Source of the DNA: a virus
Lineage: Duplodnaviria; Caudoviricetes
DNA length: 26,042 nucleotides
Virus record (IMG/VR): IMGVR_UViG_3300037692_000228
Location: 1-26,042 of that record
Direction: 5' to 3' (one strand)
Position 1 is the first letter of the stretch. Every line of letters begins with the position of its first letter. Position numbers and translations under genes: made by a program. Of the stretch, positions 1 through 8,886 are shown piece by piece. The notes under the pieces are model-generated. The model was not told the DNA's origin, searched no databases, and saw only the letters and a list, made by a program, of their open reading frames with translations.

Positions 1-56
1 GCAACATTCTGCAACCGACTTTCTTTCTTTAGTTTCTGCTTTACGAGAGGACCGTC

Positions 57-791
57 ATGGTGATTGATAGCTGGCCGATCGCCCGAGTCAAACCCTACGA
101 GAAAAACCCACGCGCCATACCAGAGGAGGCTGTTCGGGCCGTCGCCGAATCGATCCGCGAGTTCGGATTTCGACAGCCGATCGTTGTCGACCAGCACGGC
201 GTGATCATCGCCGGGCACACACGCTGGAAGGCGGCCTGCCTATTGGAACTCGAACAGGTTCCGGTCCACGTCGCGACCGACTTGACCGAGGACCAGGTAG
301 TTGCCTATCGGGTTGCGGACAACCGGGTTGGCGAACTCACTGATTGGGATCCTGCTGGACTGATGGCTGAACTCGACGGACTTGTCTCTCAAAGCGCGGA
401 GTTGAACGCCCTGTTCTCCGAACTCGATGCGGAGATGCGCAAGCGGGCACGCGCCGAGGCCGGGGAGGACGATGACGGCGACGATAAATCCTCGGCTGAC
501 GATTCGGGCGAAGGCACCGAGACCGACGGTCTTGCACTCCGCCCACACGAACACTATGACTATGTAGTGATCTTGGCGCGGGACAGTCAAACCTGGAACG
601 TGCTTTGCGAACGACTCGGAATCAGGGAGGGCCGCATCTTTGGCCGCAAGAAAACGCGGATCGGGATCTGTCGAGCCATCGAAGCTGACCAAGTGCTCCG
701 AAGGATACCGCATCATCATCCCGAGTCGGCAGAGGCTCAAGGCGATCGAGAAATCGGCGGCGATCTTCCAGTCGGCGACCATCCTGGTTGA
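57..791 (+). CDS. ParB/Srx N-terminal domain protein (phage ParB-like)
   Basis: PYEKNPR...SIREFGFRQPIVVD...IIAGHTRWKAA...YRVADNR is the typical phage ParB-like N-terminal pattern. It is followed by an acidic linker and a short C-terminal domain. RBS GAGAGGA lies just upstream. Confidence 0.85.
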   Translation: MVIDSWPIARVKPYEKNPRAIPEEAVRAVAESIREFGFRQPIVVDQHGVIIAGHTRWKAACLLELEQVPVHVATDLTEDQVVAYRVADNRVGELTDWDPAGLMAELDGLVSQSAELNALFSELDAEMRKRARAEAGEDDDGDDKSSADDSGEGTETDGLALRPHEHYDYVVILARDSQTWNVLCERLGIREGRIFGRKKTRIGICRAIEADQVLRRIPHHHPESAEAQGDREIGGDLPVGDHPG

Positions 792-1455
792 CCAGCGAGA
801 AGTCGCGGAATACTCGAAGGTTGTTGACCCGTCCCGGATCGAATCGCACGGCGGATTCAACGGGTTCGCCCCCATATTCAATTGGTGCCTGGATCACTTC
901 CCAGACGAAGTCCTTGTGTTCTGTGACGATGACATTGTCGGCATCCATACCACTACGCCGCCGTCGCGCAAGTTGTCGCCGGCGGAGTCAATCGCGGTCA
1001 TCGAAAACCTGATTCAGGCGATCACTGATCTCGATCTCACGGTCGGTTGTTTCAGCCGGTCGGCCAACCATCTCCTGTTCGACCCGGTCAACGAGCCCAT
1101 TCGGCCGACTCAGCCGGTGTGTTGCTGCTTTGTTGTCCGCGAGGCCGCGCGTCGCAGGCTTTATGATCCGGCGCTTGTCGGCCGCGGGGATGTCGATTGG
1201 ACCCTGAAAACCTTCCGGGATGATCGGGTCATATACTGCGACGTGCGATTCACGGCTGTTGCCGGGCGAGCGTTCGGCGGCGCCGGCGGAAATGTCGGCA
1301 TTGTGGACAGTACGCAGCGGGACCGGGCCACTCGCATTCTCAAGACGCGATGGGGCAAGTTCGTAAACAACAAACCGAATAACTTCTCCAAGAATCGGAC
1401 GGTTGTCCCGCTCCGGCTTGCGATCACACGAAAGAACCCGACTGCGGTCGGGTAG
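640..1455 (+). CDS. GT-A fold glycosyltransferase-like protein (TET-associated/GREB1-like type); start uncertain
   Basis: N-terminal YRIIIPSR strand, DxD-type motif VFCDDDI, later GDVDW and GG-rich motif FGGAGGN, and RWGK near the end. The annotated TTG start overlaps the ParB ORF by about 150 nt. Confidence 0.65.
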   Translation: MAARKRGSGSVEPSKLTKCSEGYRIIIPSRQRLKAIEKSAAIFQSATILVDQREVAEYSKVVDPSRIESHGGFNGFAPIFNWCLDHFPDEVLVFCDDDIVGIHTTTPPSRKLSPAESIAVIENLIQAITDLDLTVGCFSRSANHLLFDPVNEPIRPTQPVCCCFVVREAARRRLYDPALVGRGDVDWTLKTFRDDRVIYCDVRFTAVAGRAFGGAGGNVGIVDSTQRDRATRILKTRWGKFVNNKPNNFSKNRTVVPLRLAITRKNPTAVG

Positions 1456-1462
1456 ACTGTCC

Positions 1463-2128
1463 ATGCCAAATAACGTCAAAGCCGGATATGTTCTCTTGTC
1501 GCTCCCCAACAGCGGAAGCACGTTTGTCGCGGACATGATCGCGAAGCACGTCCCGCTCAAGTATTACCAGATGGAGTATTTCAATCCGGCCCGGAACGCC
1601 AAACGGTTCCAGGAGCTGCGGCGCGGGTTCGGATGTGAGCTGGTCTCCTGCTATCGGTGGATCGGCGAATCGCCCGGGGATGATGTGCTCGACAACATCG
1701 TCTCGAAGACCTTGGCGGTTGACGGCTTCGACTTCACCAAGGAAGTGTTCTCGCCGCTCAAGGTTCAGTGGTTTGCCTCACGGTTCCACGCCGCGATTCT
1801 TGTCAGCGACGATCGGTACGTGTTCCCGCCGAGGAGGCGCAGCATCCTGTCGATGTACGAGCACGCCTATCGCGCTGTGTTCCCCGGCTCGGTCCCCGAT
1901 GTGCTTGAATTCGACGCGAGGCGGTGTTACGAGTTTCTTCGCGGCCGGATGATCGAAGACGCCCTGCGGCTCCAGGTTCCGATCCTCCACTACCCTGAAA
2001 TCGTCGAGGCGGACGCCGACACCATCGCAGCATCGTTGTCGGGGCTCGGCTGGCCGATAACCGATCCGCTTACCGCGGCGCGGGCTATCGTTTCCGCCAG
2101 GAAGTCCCCGGAAGGCCGCTACCGATAA
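1463..2128 (+). CDS. Sulfotransferase-like P-loop protein
   Basis: ATG at 1463 follows the glycosyltransferase stop. YVLLSLPNSGSTFVADMI resembles the PAPS-binding loop (xPRSGT/ST), followed by EYFNP and a late ILHYPEI segment as in sulfotransferase folds. Confidence 0.55.
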   Translation: MPNNVKAGYVLLSLPNSGSTFVADMIAKHVPLKYYQMEYFNPARNAKRFQELRRGFGCELVSCYRWIGESPGDDVLDNIVSKTLAVDGFDFTKEVFSPLKVQWFASRFHAAILVSDDRYVFPPRRRSILSMYEHAYRAVFPGSVPDVLEFDARRCYEFLRGRMIEDALRLQVPILHYPEIVEADADTIAASLSGLGWPITDPLTAARAIVSARKSPEGRYR

Positions 2129-2273
2129 CTCCCCTATCTCGGCACCTCCGCCGACCGATCGTAGCGCCACGAGGCCCGCTACGATTCCTCTCCTGCCACA
2201 AACCCAACGCCGACCCCCATTCTCTGACCGGAATCGAGGTTGTCACGCAATCGTAACGGGTCACTATAACGGC

Positions 2274-2301
2274 TTGACGCCGGATACCGATACGGTAGAC
2301 T
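2274..2301 (+). promoter_or_regulatory. Putative sigma70 promoter for the accessory block
   Basis: TTGACG (2274-2279), 16-nt spacer, TAGACT (2296-2301), in the intergenic gap upstream of ATG 2373. Confidence 0.45.
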
Positions 2302-2372
2302 TCCATCATACGGTTGGGCGACGGGCTCGACCGGGGCCGGATCGGCCGGTTACTCAAAACGAGGATACGACG

Positions 2373-2657
2373 ATGCAAGCAACTTTTGGACAACACGTAT
2401 CGGACCTTATCGAAGAACTCAAATCGATCGACTGCGAACGATTCGACGAAGACGGCGACGACGTAAAGTTGGAACTCGCGACCAGTCTCCTCGAAAGCGC
2501 CGTCCTGCTTATGGAAGAAGTCGCCGGTAGGCAAAATCACGGCCGTGCGATCCGGGACATCATCGATCCGATCGACAAGATTCTGAACGACGCCGGCGGG
2601 AATCGGTTCTCGCTGAACGACTGGATCGACCAGATGGACGAATGCGACGAGGACTAA
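2373..2657 (+). CDS. Hypothetical acidic protein
   Basis: GAGGA RBS at 2361-2365 and ATG at 2373, within the ORF-track ORF 2274..2657. Confidence 0.65.
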   Translation: MQATFGQHVSDLIEELKSIDCERFDEDGDDVKLELATSLLESAVLLMEEVAGRQNHGRAIRDIIDPIDKILNDAGGNRFSLNDWIDQMDECDED

Positions 2658-2675
2658 CGCGGTCGAAAAATAAAT

Positions 2676-2706
2676 CGCCCCGCGCGGTGTGTGGCCGCGA
2701 GGGGCG
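2676..2706 (-). terminator. GC hairpin, possible minus-strand terminator or processing stem
   Basis: CGCCCC-G-CGCGG / CCGCG-A-GGGGCG stem, preceded on the + strand by GAAAAATAAAT (a U-tract on the - strand). Confidence 0.35.
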
Positions 2707-2733
2707 GGTGTCCGGCTGTTAAGGAGCCAGAAC

Positions 2734-3084
2734 ATGAGCAACAGTAAAGCAATTCCTAGTTCGGTCAAGTTCGCGACCATCACGGCAGAAGAATGGCGGC
2801 CAGATACCGAAGCGTACCTGTTCGCCGAAACGGGCGAAGGCGCCCTGTACCGAGTCGATTCTATCCGGCCGGATTGCTGGATCGTCACAGTCGGCAAGGA
2901 CTCGCAGCCGGGCCACTGGATGACCAGTTCTTGGTGCTGTCATTTGGGAACTCGGCTCTACGTGTTCCCGGATCGCGCGAATCGCGACCTTGCCGAGCAC
3001 GCCCTTCAATCCGACCTTGCCGATCGTCGCGACCAGTCTGACGCGGAGTCGCTCGCGTCTCGGATTGGCGGTGCATCGTGCTAA
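2734..3084 (+). CDS. Hypothetical protein
   Basis: AAGGAG RBS at 2721-2726 and ATG at 2734. The stop overlaps the next start. Confidence 0.6.
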   Translation: MSNSKAIPSSVKFATITAEEWRPDTEAYLFAETGEGALYRVDSIRPDCWIVTVGKDSQPGHWMTSSWCCHLGTRLYVFPDRANRDLAEHALQSDLADRRDQSDAESLASRIGGASC

Positions 3085-3761
3085 GTGAACGATTCCGCCC
3101 ATCGACCTTCGATGACTTTGTCGGCCAGCCGGCAATCGACGAGCTTCGCAGCGCCGTCAACGATTCCTGGAACTTTGAATCCGGCGGAGAGCGGTGGCTC
3201 TTTGAATCGGACGGGCTCGCCGGCTGCGGAAAGACTTCAGCCGCGTTCGCAACCGCCCGGGCGCTCGGATGCTCAGACTTTGACATCATCCGAATCGACT
3301 CCCGGGCCAGCACGATTGAAGATTTTCGCGAGCTTGAATCCCAGATGCTGATCTACGGGTGGGGGCCGTCTGCTCGGAAAGCCTACATCATCGACGAGAT
3401 CCAGCACCTGAACCGCTCCTGTCTTCGGATGCTGCTCGGGCTCCTCGAAAACATCCCGAACCATGTCATCGTGATCGGGACAACGACCAGCACGGATTGG
3501 GCGGACGATGTTGACGGGCTCTATTCGCGGTGGCGCCGCTTTCGATTCGACAAGCCGGATTCGGATGCGGTCGCGACTCACCTGCGGAGCGTCGCCGATG
3601 AACTCGGGCTGGATGTTCCCGATGGGTTTCGGTTTATCGCGTACGTTCGAGGCAAGTACGCCGGATACCCATCGACCGGAAACAATGTCAGGGACTTGAT
3701 TGAGCAGTTGCCTTCGGCGCTGCGACGATTCGACCGAAAAGCCGCGGCATCGGCCGCTTGA
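3078..3761 (+). CDS. Clamp-loader-clade AAA+ ATPase (RarA/DnaX N-terminal-like)
   Basis: LSERFRPSTFDDFVGQ N-terminal signature, Walker A GLAGCGKTS, Walker B YIIDEIQ, sensor-1 VIGTTT and LYSR arginine-finger region. Confidence 0.85.
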   Translation: MLSERFRPSTFDDFVGQPAIDELRSAVNDSWNFESGGERWLFESDGLAGCGKTSAAFATARALGCSDFDIIRIDSRASTIEDFRELESQMLIYGWGPSARKAYIIDEIQHLNRSCLRMLLGLLENIPNHVIVIGTTTSTDWADDVDGLYSRWRRFRFDKPDSDAVATHLRSVADELGLDVPDGFRFIAYVRGKYAGYPSTGNNVRDLIEQLPSALRRFDRKAAASAA

Positions 3762-3777
3762 AATGGAGGACGCACCG

Positions 3778-4551
3778 ATGGATATGAACAAGGTCAAAGA
3801 CAAAATCCGCAAGCTGCTCGCAATCGCGAATGACAGCTCCGAAGTAGACGGCGAAATCCGGGCAGCGATGAAGCTCGCCCAGGACGCGATGGACAAGTAC
3901 CACCTGGACCTGGCCGACATCGAATGCTCGGCCGGGGATTCCGGCGTCGCCGCCAAGGTTGTCGAGATGAACCGGGAGCAGGCATTCGGCAAGAACTCGC
4001 GAATGTCCTCGTGGGAATCCGCGCTCGGGCTTTCGGTATCGGAGTTGATCGGATCGGTCGACGTCTACGTGTCCTGGACGCTCGGGGGCACGTTCGGGAC
4101 CGAGAAACGCAAGTGTCTGCAATTCTATGGCGCCGCCGATGATGTCCGGCTCGCGATCGAACTTTATGCCGAATGGCAGCTTGTGATCGCGGCGATGGCC
4201 ACGGGGCGGTTTGGACGCGCGTACAAGGGCGACGGGCTGCAATACTGCGATGGGTTTGTTTCGTCGCTCTACGAGCAGGTCAAAGCCGCCGCCCGCGAAC
4301 GCAAGCCGATGGTCACTGAATCGACCACCGCCATTGTCCATGTTGCCGGCGGATCGCTCGCCGATGTGCTCGCGTCTAAGCGGGACAACGCAAACCGCTG
4401 GCTGCTCGATACGCACGGCGTCAAGCTGAGTCGCGGCCGGGGACGCGGCGGATCGCGTCGGACCGGCGGACTGGACGCCTATCACACTGGACGCGCCGAC
4501 GGCCGACGGGCGGAGTTCACGGCACGGCGCATTGCGAAGCTGACCGGGTGA
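3778..4551 (+). CDS. DUF2786-like domain protein
   Basis: GGAGGA RBS. N-terminal KVKDKIRKLLAIA...E...AMKLAQDAMDKYHLD pattern and C-terminal AYHTGRADG are typical of this phage/ICE family. Confidence 0.7.
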   Translation: MDMNKVKDKIRKLLAIANDSSEVDGEIRAAMKLAQDAMDKYHLDLADIECSAGDSGVAAKVVEMNREQAFGKNSRMSSWESALGLSVSELIGSVDVYVSWTLGGTFGTEKRKCLQFYGAADDVRLAIELYAEWQLVIAAMATGRFGRAYKGDGLQYCDGFVSSLYEQVKAAARERKPMVTESTTAIVHVAGGSLADVLASKRDNANRWLLDTHGVKLSRGRGRGGSRRTGGLDAYHTGRADGRRAEFTARRIAKLTG

Positions 4552-4591
4552 ACGAGGAACGGAACGAACCTTAACCGGCGGAGAACCATCG

Positions 4592-4888
4592 ATGAAAATG
4601 ACACTAGGCCAGCGAATCTACTACAAGGGCGACATGGCGAACATCGACGACGCCGGAACGATCGTCGGCGTCAGGCCCGCCGATAAGTTCGCCCCGGAAA
4701 GTTACGACATCGACCTTGACGACGGCCGAACAATGCAAGGCGTCTATCACTTGGCGTTCGACAGTGGACCCGGCCGCCGATTCGTACCCTTGGACGAATG
4801 GCGCGCACAACGTGAAGCGGCGATCAAGACATCGGCGGCGGCGATGCGTGCGATCCTAGAAAACCCAAAGGGACCGAAAAAGACCTGA
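4592..4888 (+). CDS. Hypothetical protein (small beta-rich, SH3-like appearance)
   Basis: GGAG upstream and co-oriented packing with neighbours. Confidence 0.6.
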   Translation: MKMTLGQRIYYKGDMANIDDAGTIVGVRPADKFAPESYDIDLDDGRTMQGVYHLAFDSGPGRRFVPLDEWRAQREAAIKTSAAAMRAILENPKGPKKT

Positions 4889-4904
4889 ACCTGGAGATTG
4901 AAAA

Positions 4905-5207
4905 ATGTACGCAAGCGAAATCATTAAACACGCAAAGACAACGGGGCGACTGTGGCTTGGCGGAGAAATGGAATTTCCATTCCCCGCCCGGATTCGCGAC
5001 ACAGAACAGGCCGCAGTTAATGTCGCCGAAAACTGCGGCTACCTTGTGACGCGCGATGGCATGAGCCGACTTCAAATCAGCGGCGGAGACATTCCCGGCT
5101 ACATCGTGCTGGACTGGTTCCAATCGGATCGGATCGGGCCGGAGAAAGTCGAACCGTGGACATCCGAATCGGCCTATGCGGACCTCGATGAAACGGTGGC
5201 AGTCTAA
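4905..5207 (+). CDS. Hypothetical protein
   Basis: GGAG RBS upstream and co-oriented packing. Confidence 0.6.
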   Translation: MYASEIIKHAKTTGRLWLGGEMEFPFPARIRDTEQAAVNVAENCGYLVTRDGMSRLQISGGDIPGYIVLDWFQSDRIGPEKVEPWTSESAYADLDETVAV

Positions 5208-5253
5208 CGGCCACGATCTAACCCCCAACGCGGCCCGGCCGCAGGAGATGACG

Positions 5254-5535
5254 ATGACTTGCTCGGAAGAAATTAAACACGGCGTTTTCACGTTGGAGGC
5301 ATTCGCAGATTGGATTGCCGGTCTGACGTTCGCACGCATTGCCAAGGTCTATGGCGGCCTAGATGAGCCCGAACGGTCCTATGTGCAGGAAAAGTACCGG
5401 AAGGCGATTGAAAACCCACTGCGATGGTTCGGCTCGCTCGATTTGGAAAAACGCCGTCGATGCGTCGTGGCCGTCATCGACCATTATCATTCCGCACTCG
5501 CGGCCGCGAAAGCAACACCCAACACGGAGACCTAA
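5254..5535 (+). CDS. Hypothetical protein
   Basis: AGGAG at 5243-5247 fits ATG 5254. Confidence 0.6.
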   Translation: MTCSEEIKHGVFTLEAFADWIAGLTFARIAKVYGGLDEPERSYVQEKYRKAIENPLRWFGSLDLEKRRRCVVAVIDHYHSALAAAKATPNTET

Positions 5536-5537
5536 GA

Positions 5538-5756
5538 ATGCTGCCACCAAAGAAGACCAAACGTCGAATGGTTGAATTCACCGACGATGACCGGGAACGC
5601 TGGGAGCGTTGCCGGGTCGCGCTCGAGAGAGAGCGCGGCGTACCGATCAGCCACCACGGGATGATCCACTACGCTCTTGCCCGGCTTTGCGACACGATGA
5701 ACATTCCGCGAAAGGAGTCCAAGAAGAATGATCCCAGGAACGCACAACGGGCTTGA
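5538..5756 (+). CDS. Small basic protein, possible ribbon-helix-helix DNA-binding protein
   Basis: ATG just after the upstream stop. KRRMVEF (strand), helix, then ISHHGMIHYALARL (helix) pattern. Confidence 0.45.
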   Translation: MLPPKKTKRRMVEFTDDDRERWERCRVALERERGVPISHHGMIHYALARLCDTMNIPRKESKKNDPRNAQRA

Positions 5757-6312
5757 CGCCTTCGAGTGCCTGTCCGGCCTGCAAAAGTCGATCCGCCGCG
5801 GGCTTGAACGCGAGGCGATGGAGTTCGCCTGCGAAATCGGGCACACCAGCAAGCCGTTCTTTACGATGCTGACCAACCGGCTAGAAATCATCATGCACGA
5901 GGATATCGGACTGCCCGGCATGGACGCCGTGGTCTACGCTGCGACCTGCATTGAACATGCTCGACGGCATTACGACGCGGACAAACCGGGCAAGTGGCGG
6001 ATGATGGTCGGGAACGCAATCCGGGCGCTCGCGCGATCCGCCAAATCGCGAGAGGGCGATCACTTCCAGGCGGTAGTCGGCGTTCCGAACCTTGAGTTGA
6101 AAGTCGCCCCGGTCGTACCTGATTGGGTGCACGACAAACACACCAAGATCGGGCGCAAGCTAGGCCGCGGGCTCGATCACTTCCGGTCGGATTCGGCGCA
6201 ACTCGACAAACCGACCGGCGTCGATCCGTACGAAGACGAGGCATACCAGGTTTGGAGCGCGAAGGCGGAACGACTAAAGTCGCCAGATGCAGGGTGCGAA
6301 CTGTTTGACTGA
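5728..6312 (+). CDS. RarA/MgsA C-terminal-like domain protein
   Basis: SGLQKSIRRG and RLEIIMHEDIG resemble the SAxxKSIRG and RLxxxAxEDIG motifs of the RarA C-terminal region. No ATPase motifs are present. Confidence 0.7.
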   Translation: MIPGTHNGLDAFECLSGLQKSIRRGLEREAMEFACEIGHTSKPFFTMLTNRLEIIMHEDIGLPGMDAVVYAATCIEHARRHYDADKPGKWRMMVGNAIRALARSAKSREGDHFQAVVGVPNLELKVAPVVPDWVHDKHTKIGRKLGRGLDHFRSDSAQLDKPTGVDPYEDEAYQVWSAKAERLKSPDAGCELFD

Positions 6313-6336
6313 AAGTTCCGATCGCGCTGACCGAAC

Positions 6337-8562
6337 GTGGTAGCCTCGACGCTCTCCGATCTTGTCGCAAAAGCGAAGCGGGTAGGAATCTCCGGCCTCA
6401 CGGCCGATGAAATTCTGCGCCTGGAGCGCGTCCGCCGAACCATCCGGCCGGAGAGCGACAAGTACGAGGCGCACAAAAAGAAGTCGATGGCCCGGCAACG
6501 GGCTCAGTCTCTTGCCGGCCGAGAGATCGGCGAGTTGCCGGCGGTTGAACGGCCGGAAATCAAAGAGGCGGCCCGACGGGACTTCCGGCGCTTCTGCGAA
6601 GAATACCTGAAGCCGACATTCTCCCTGCCCTGGTCGCGGGATCACCTCCGGGTCATTGCCAAGATCGAACAGGCCGTGCTCGAGGGCGGGCTGTTCGCAA
6701 TGGCCATGCCCAGAGGCAGCGGCAAGACCAGCCTGTGCGAATCCGCCTGTCTGTGGTCCCTTGTCTACGGTCATCGGGAGTTTGTCGCACTGATCGGCGG
6801 CGACGAGGACCATGCCGCCAAAATGCTCGAGTCGATCAAGTCCGAATTGGAGGACAACGACCTGCTGCTCGGCGACTTCCCCGAAGTGGCCTATCCGATC
6901 CGGGGCCTTGCCGGCATAAACCAACGGGCCACGGGCCAGCTTCACCACGGCAAACGGACCCGGATCGGCTGGACCGCCAACGAGATTATCCTGCCCACCA
7001 TTGAAGGATCCCCGGCGTCGGGGGCAATCGTTCGGGTTTCCGGTATTACGGGCCGGATCCGCGGCATGAAGCACAAGCGGGCCGACGGCACCGCGATCCG
7101 GCCCGCCCTTGTTCTGATCGACGATCCCCAAAAGGACGAAGTGGCCCGGTCGCCCGCCCAGGTGGTTGCCAGGGAACAAGTGCTCGCGGGCGCCGTGCTC
7201 GGACTTTCCGGACCCGGGCGCAAGATCGCCGGCCTGATGACGCTTACCGTGATCCGCCCCGATGACCTCGCCGATCGAATCCTGGACCGCGACAAACACC
7301 CCCAGTGGCAAGGCGAACGGACCAAGATGGTCTATTCGTTCCCGACCAACAACGATCTCTGGAACCAATACGGCGAAGCATGGCGCGACTCAGTCAACGC
7401 CGGCAAAGGCATCGCGGGCGCCACGGAGTTCTACCGGGCGAATCGCGAGGCGATGGACGCTGGCGCCGATGTCGCCTGGCCGGAGCGCTACAACCCGGAC
7501 GAACTCTCGGCAATCCAGCACGCCTACGACCTGATCCTGGAGCGCGGCGAGCGGGCCTTCTGGGCGGAGTATCAGAACGTCCCGCTCTCAGAGGATCCAT
7601 CCGGCGACGAGAACCTGACCGCCGATGACATTCTCGCGAAGCTGAACGGGTTCGGGCGCCGCGATGTTCCGATCGGTTGCAACGCCTGCACCATGTTCAT
7701 CGACGTTCAGGAGACGATGCTCTATTGGCTCGTGGTCGCATGGGAGCCGGACTTTACCGGCTACATCATCGACTACGGCACCGAACCGGATCAGAAAGCG
7801 GAGTATTTCCGGCTGCGCGAGGCCCGGTATACTCTCGTCTCCGAAGCGGGCGCGGGCGTCGAGGGGCGCATTCACGCTGGGCTGACCAGGCTCACGGAGT
7901 CGATGCTTTCCCGCGAATGGCGGCGTGACGATGGTGCGATGCTTCGGATTGACCGCTGCCTGATCGACGCGAGCGGCCGAATGGCGGATTTGATTTACCA
8001 GTTCTGCCGGACTTCCACCTACGCGGCCACGGTCACGCCGAGCCACGGGCGGTATGTCGGAGCCCGAAACGTTGCGTTTCTTCACTACGCGCGGAAGAAG
8101 GGTGACAAGATCGGCTTGAACTGGCGCGTTCCCGCGATACCCGGTCGGGCGAGAGAGGTGCGACATGTTACTTATGACACGAACTTCTGGAAATCCTTCG
8201 TGCGGTCACGAATCCGGGTTCCGATCGGCGATCCGAGCTGTCTGTCGCTTTGGGGGCGATCAAAGGAATCGCATCGAATGGTCGCGGATCACTTCGCGTC
8301 AGAGTACAGCGTTCGCACCGCCCGCACCGAAGGGCAACTACGGCCGGTTGACGAATGGAAACTTCGTGGCGCCGGCCATGACAACCACTTCTGGGACTGC
8401 GTTGTCGGGGCGGCGGTCGCGGCATCCATGTCGGGCATCGCACTAACCGAACTCCCTGGCGAGACAGCGCCAAAGCGGAATCGCGGGCCAAAAATGTCTA
8501 TGCGTGATCGCAGGGAACTCGCACGGAGTGAACGCGACAATGCCGCGACCAAGACGTGGTAA
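6337..8562 (+). CDS. Terminase large subunit (lambda GpA-like)
   Basis: Walker A MPRGSGKTS, Walker B LIDDPQ, nuclease FIDVQ and C-terminal NHFWDCVVGA. Located upstream of the portal. Confidence 0.9.
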   Translation: MVASTLSDLVAKAKRVGISGLTADEILRLERVRRTIRPESDKYEAHKKKSMARQRAQSLAGREIGELPAVERPEIKEAARRDFRRFCEEYLKPTFSLPWSRDHLRVIAKIEQAVLEGGLFAMAMPRGSGKTSLCESACLWSLVYGHREFVALIGGDEDHAAKMLESIKSELEDNDLLLGDFPEVAYPIRGLAGINQRATGQLHHGKRTRIGWTANEIILPTIEGSPASGAIVRVSGITGRIRGMKHKRADGTAIRPALVLIDDPQKDEVARSPAQVVAREQVLAGAVLGLSGPGRKIAGLMTLTVIRPDDLADRILDRDKHPQWQGERTKMVYSFPTNNDLWNQYGEAWRDSVNAGKGIAGATEFYRANREAMDAGADVAWPERYNPDELSAIQHAYDLILERGERAFWAEYQNVPLSEDPSGDENLTADDILAKLNGFGRRDVPIGCNACTMFIDVQETMLYWLVVAWEPDFTGYIIDYGTEPDQKAEYFRLREARYTLVSEAGAGVEGRIHAGLTRLTESMLSREWRRDDGAMLRIDRCLIDASGRMADLIYQFCRTSTYAATVTPSHGRYVGARNVAFLHYARKKGDKIGLNWRVPAIPGRAREVRHVTYDTNFWKSFVRSRIRVPIGDPSCLSLWGRSKESHRMVADHFASEYSVRTARTEGQLRPVDEWKLRGAGHDNHFWDCVVGAAVAASMSGIALTELPGETAPKRNRGPKMSMRDRRELARSERDNAATKTW

Positions 8563-8761
8563 ACCGCAGCCGGGCGAGGAAGGGAAAGAGCCCACGGGGA
8601 TCGGTTGTCCAATCTGCGCGTGTGCGGACCTGCGAGTGATTTCGACAACCAGAAATTCGAGAATGATTATTCGGCGTCGGCAATGCAGGTATTGCCTGAA
8701 CGTCTTTCGGACGGTCGAAACGCTTAACATTTCACAGCGCCCGCAACGCGCCAAAGAGTAG
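8540..8761 (+). CDS. Zn-finger protein (Ogr/Delta/NrdR-N-like)
   Basis: CPIC...RRRQCRYC...FRTVE. ATG 8540 overlaps the terminase end. Confidence 0.75.
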   Translation: MPRPRRGKPQPGEEGKEPTGIGCPICACADLRVISTTRNSRMIIRRRQCRYCLNVFRTVETLNISQRPQRAKE

Positions 8762-8797
8762 GCCATCGGCAATTTTCGCGCATTTCGGATTTTTTGC

Positions 8798-8825
8798 TTG
8801 ACACCACTTCTCGCGGCGTTATAGT
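8798..8825 (+). promoter_or_regulatory. Strong sigma70-type promoter heading the Cas12f-like insert
   Basis: Perfect TTGACA (8798-8803), 16-nt spacer, TATAGT (8820-8825), with an AT-rich upstream tract. Confidence 0.7.
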
Positions 8826-8853
8826 GGCCGTCGAATCGTCGCTGATTCCTGAC

Positions 8854-8886
8854 CCTGTCACGCCTAGTGCGCGTGGTAGTTACAGG
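8854..8886 (+). repeat. Solitary CRISPR-like repeat in the leader
   Basis: CCTGTCACGCCTAGTGCGCGTGGTAGTTACAGG shares GCGCGTGGTAGTTRCAGG with 9708-9725. Its ends are near-complementary (CCTGTCAC/GTTACAGG). Confidence 0.65.
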
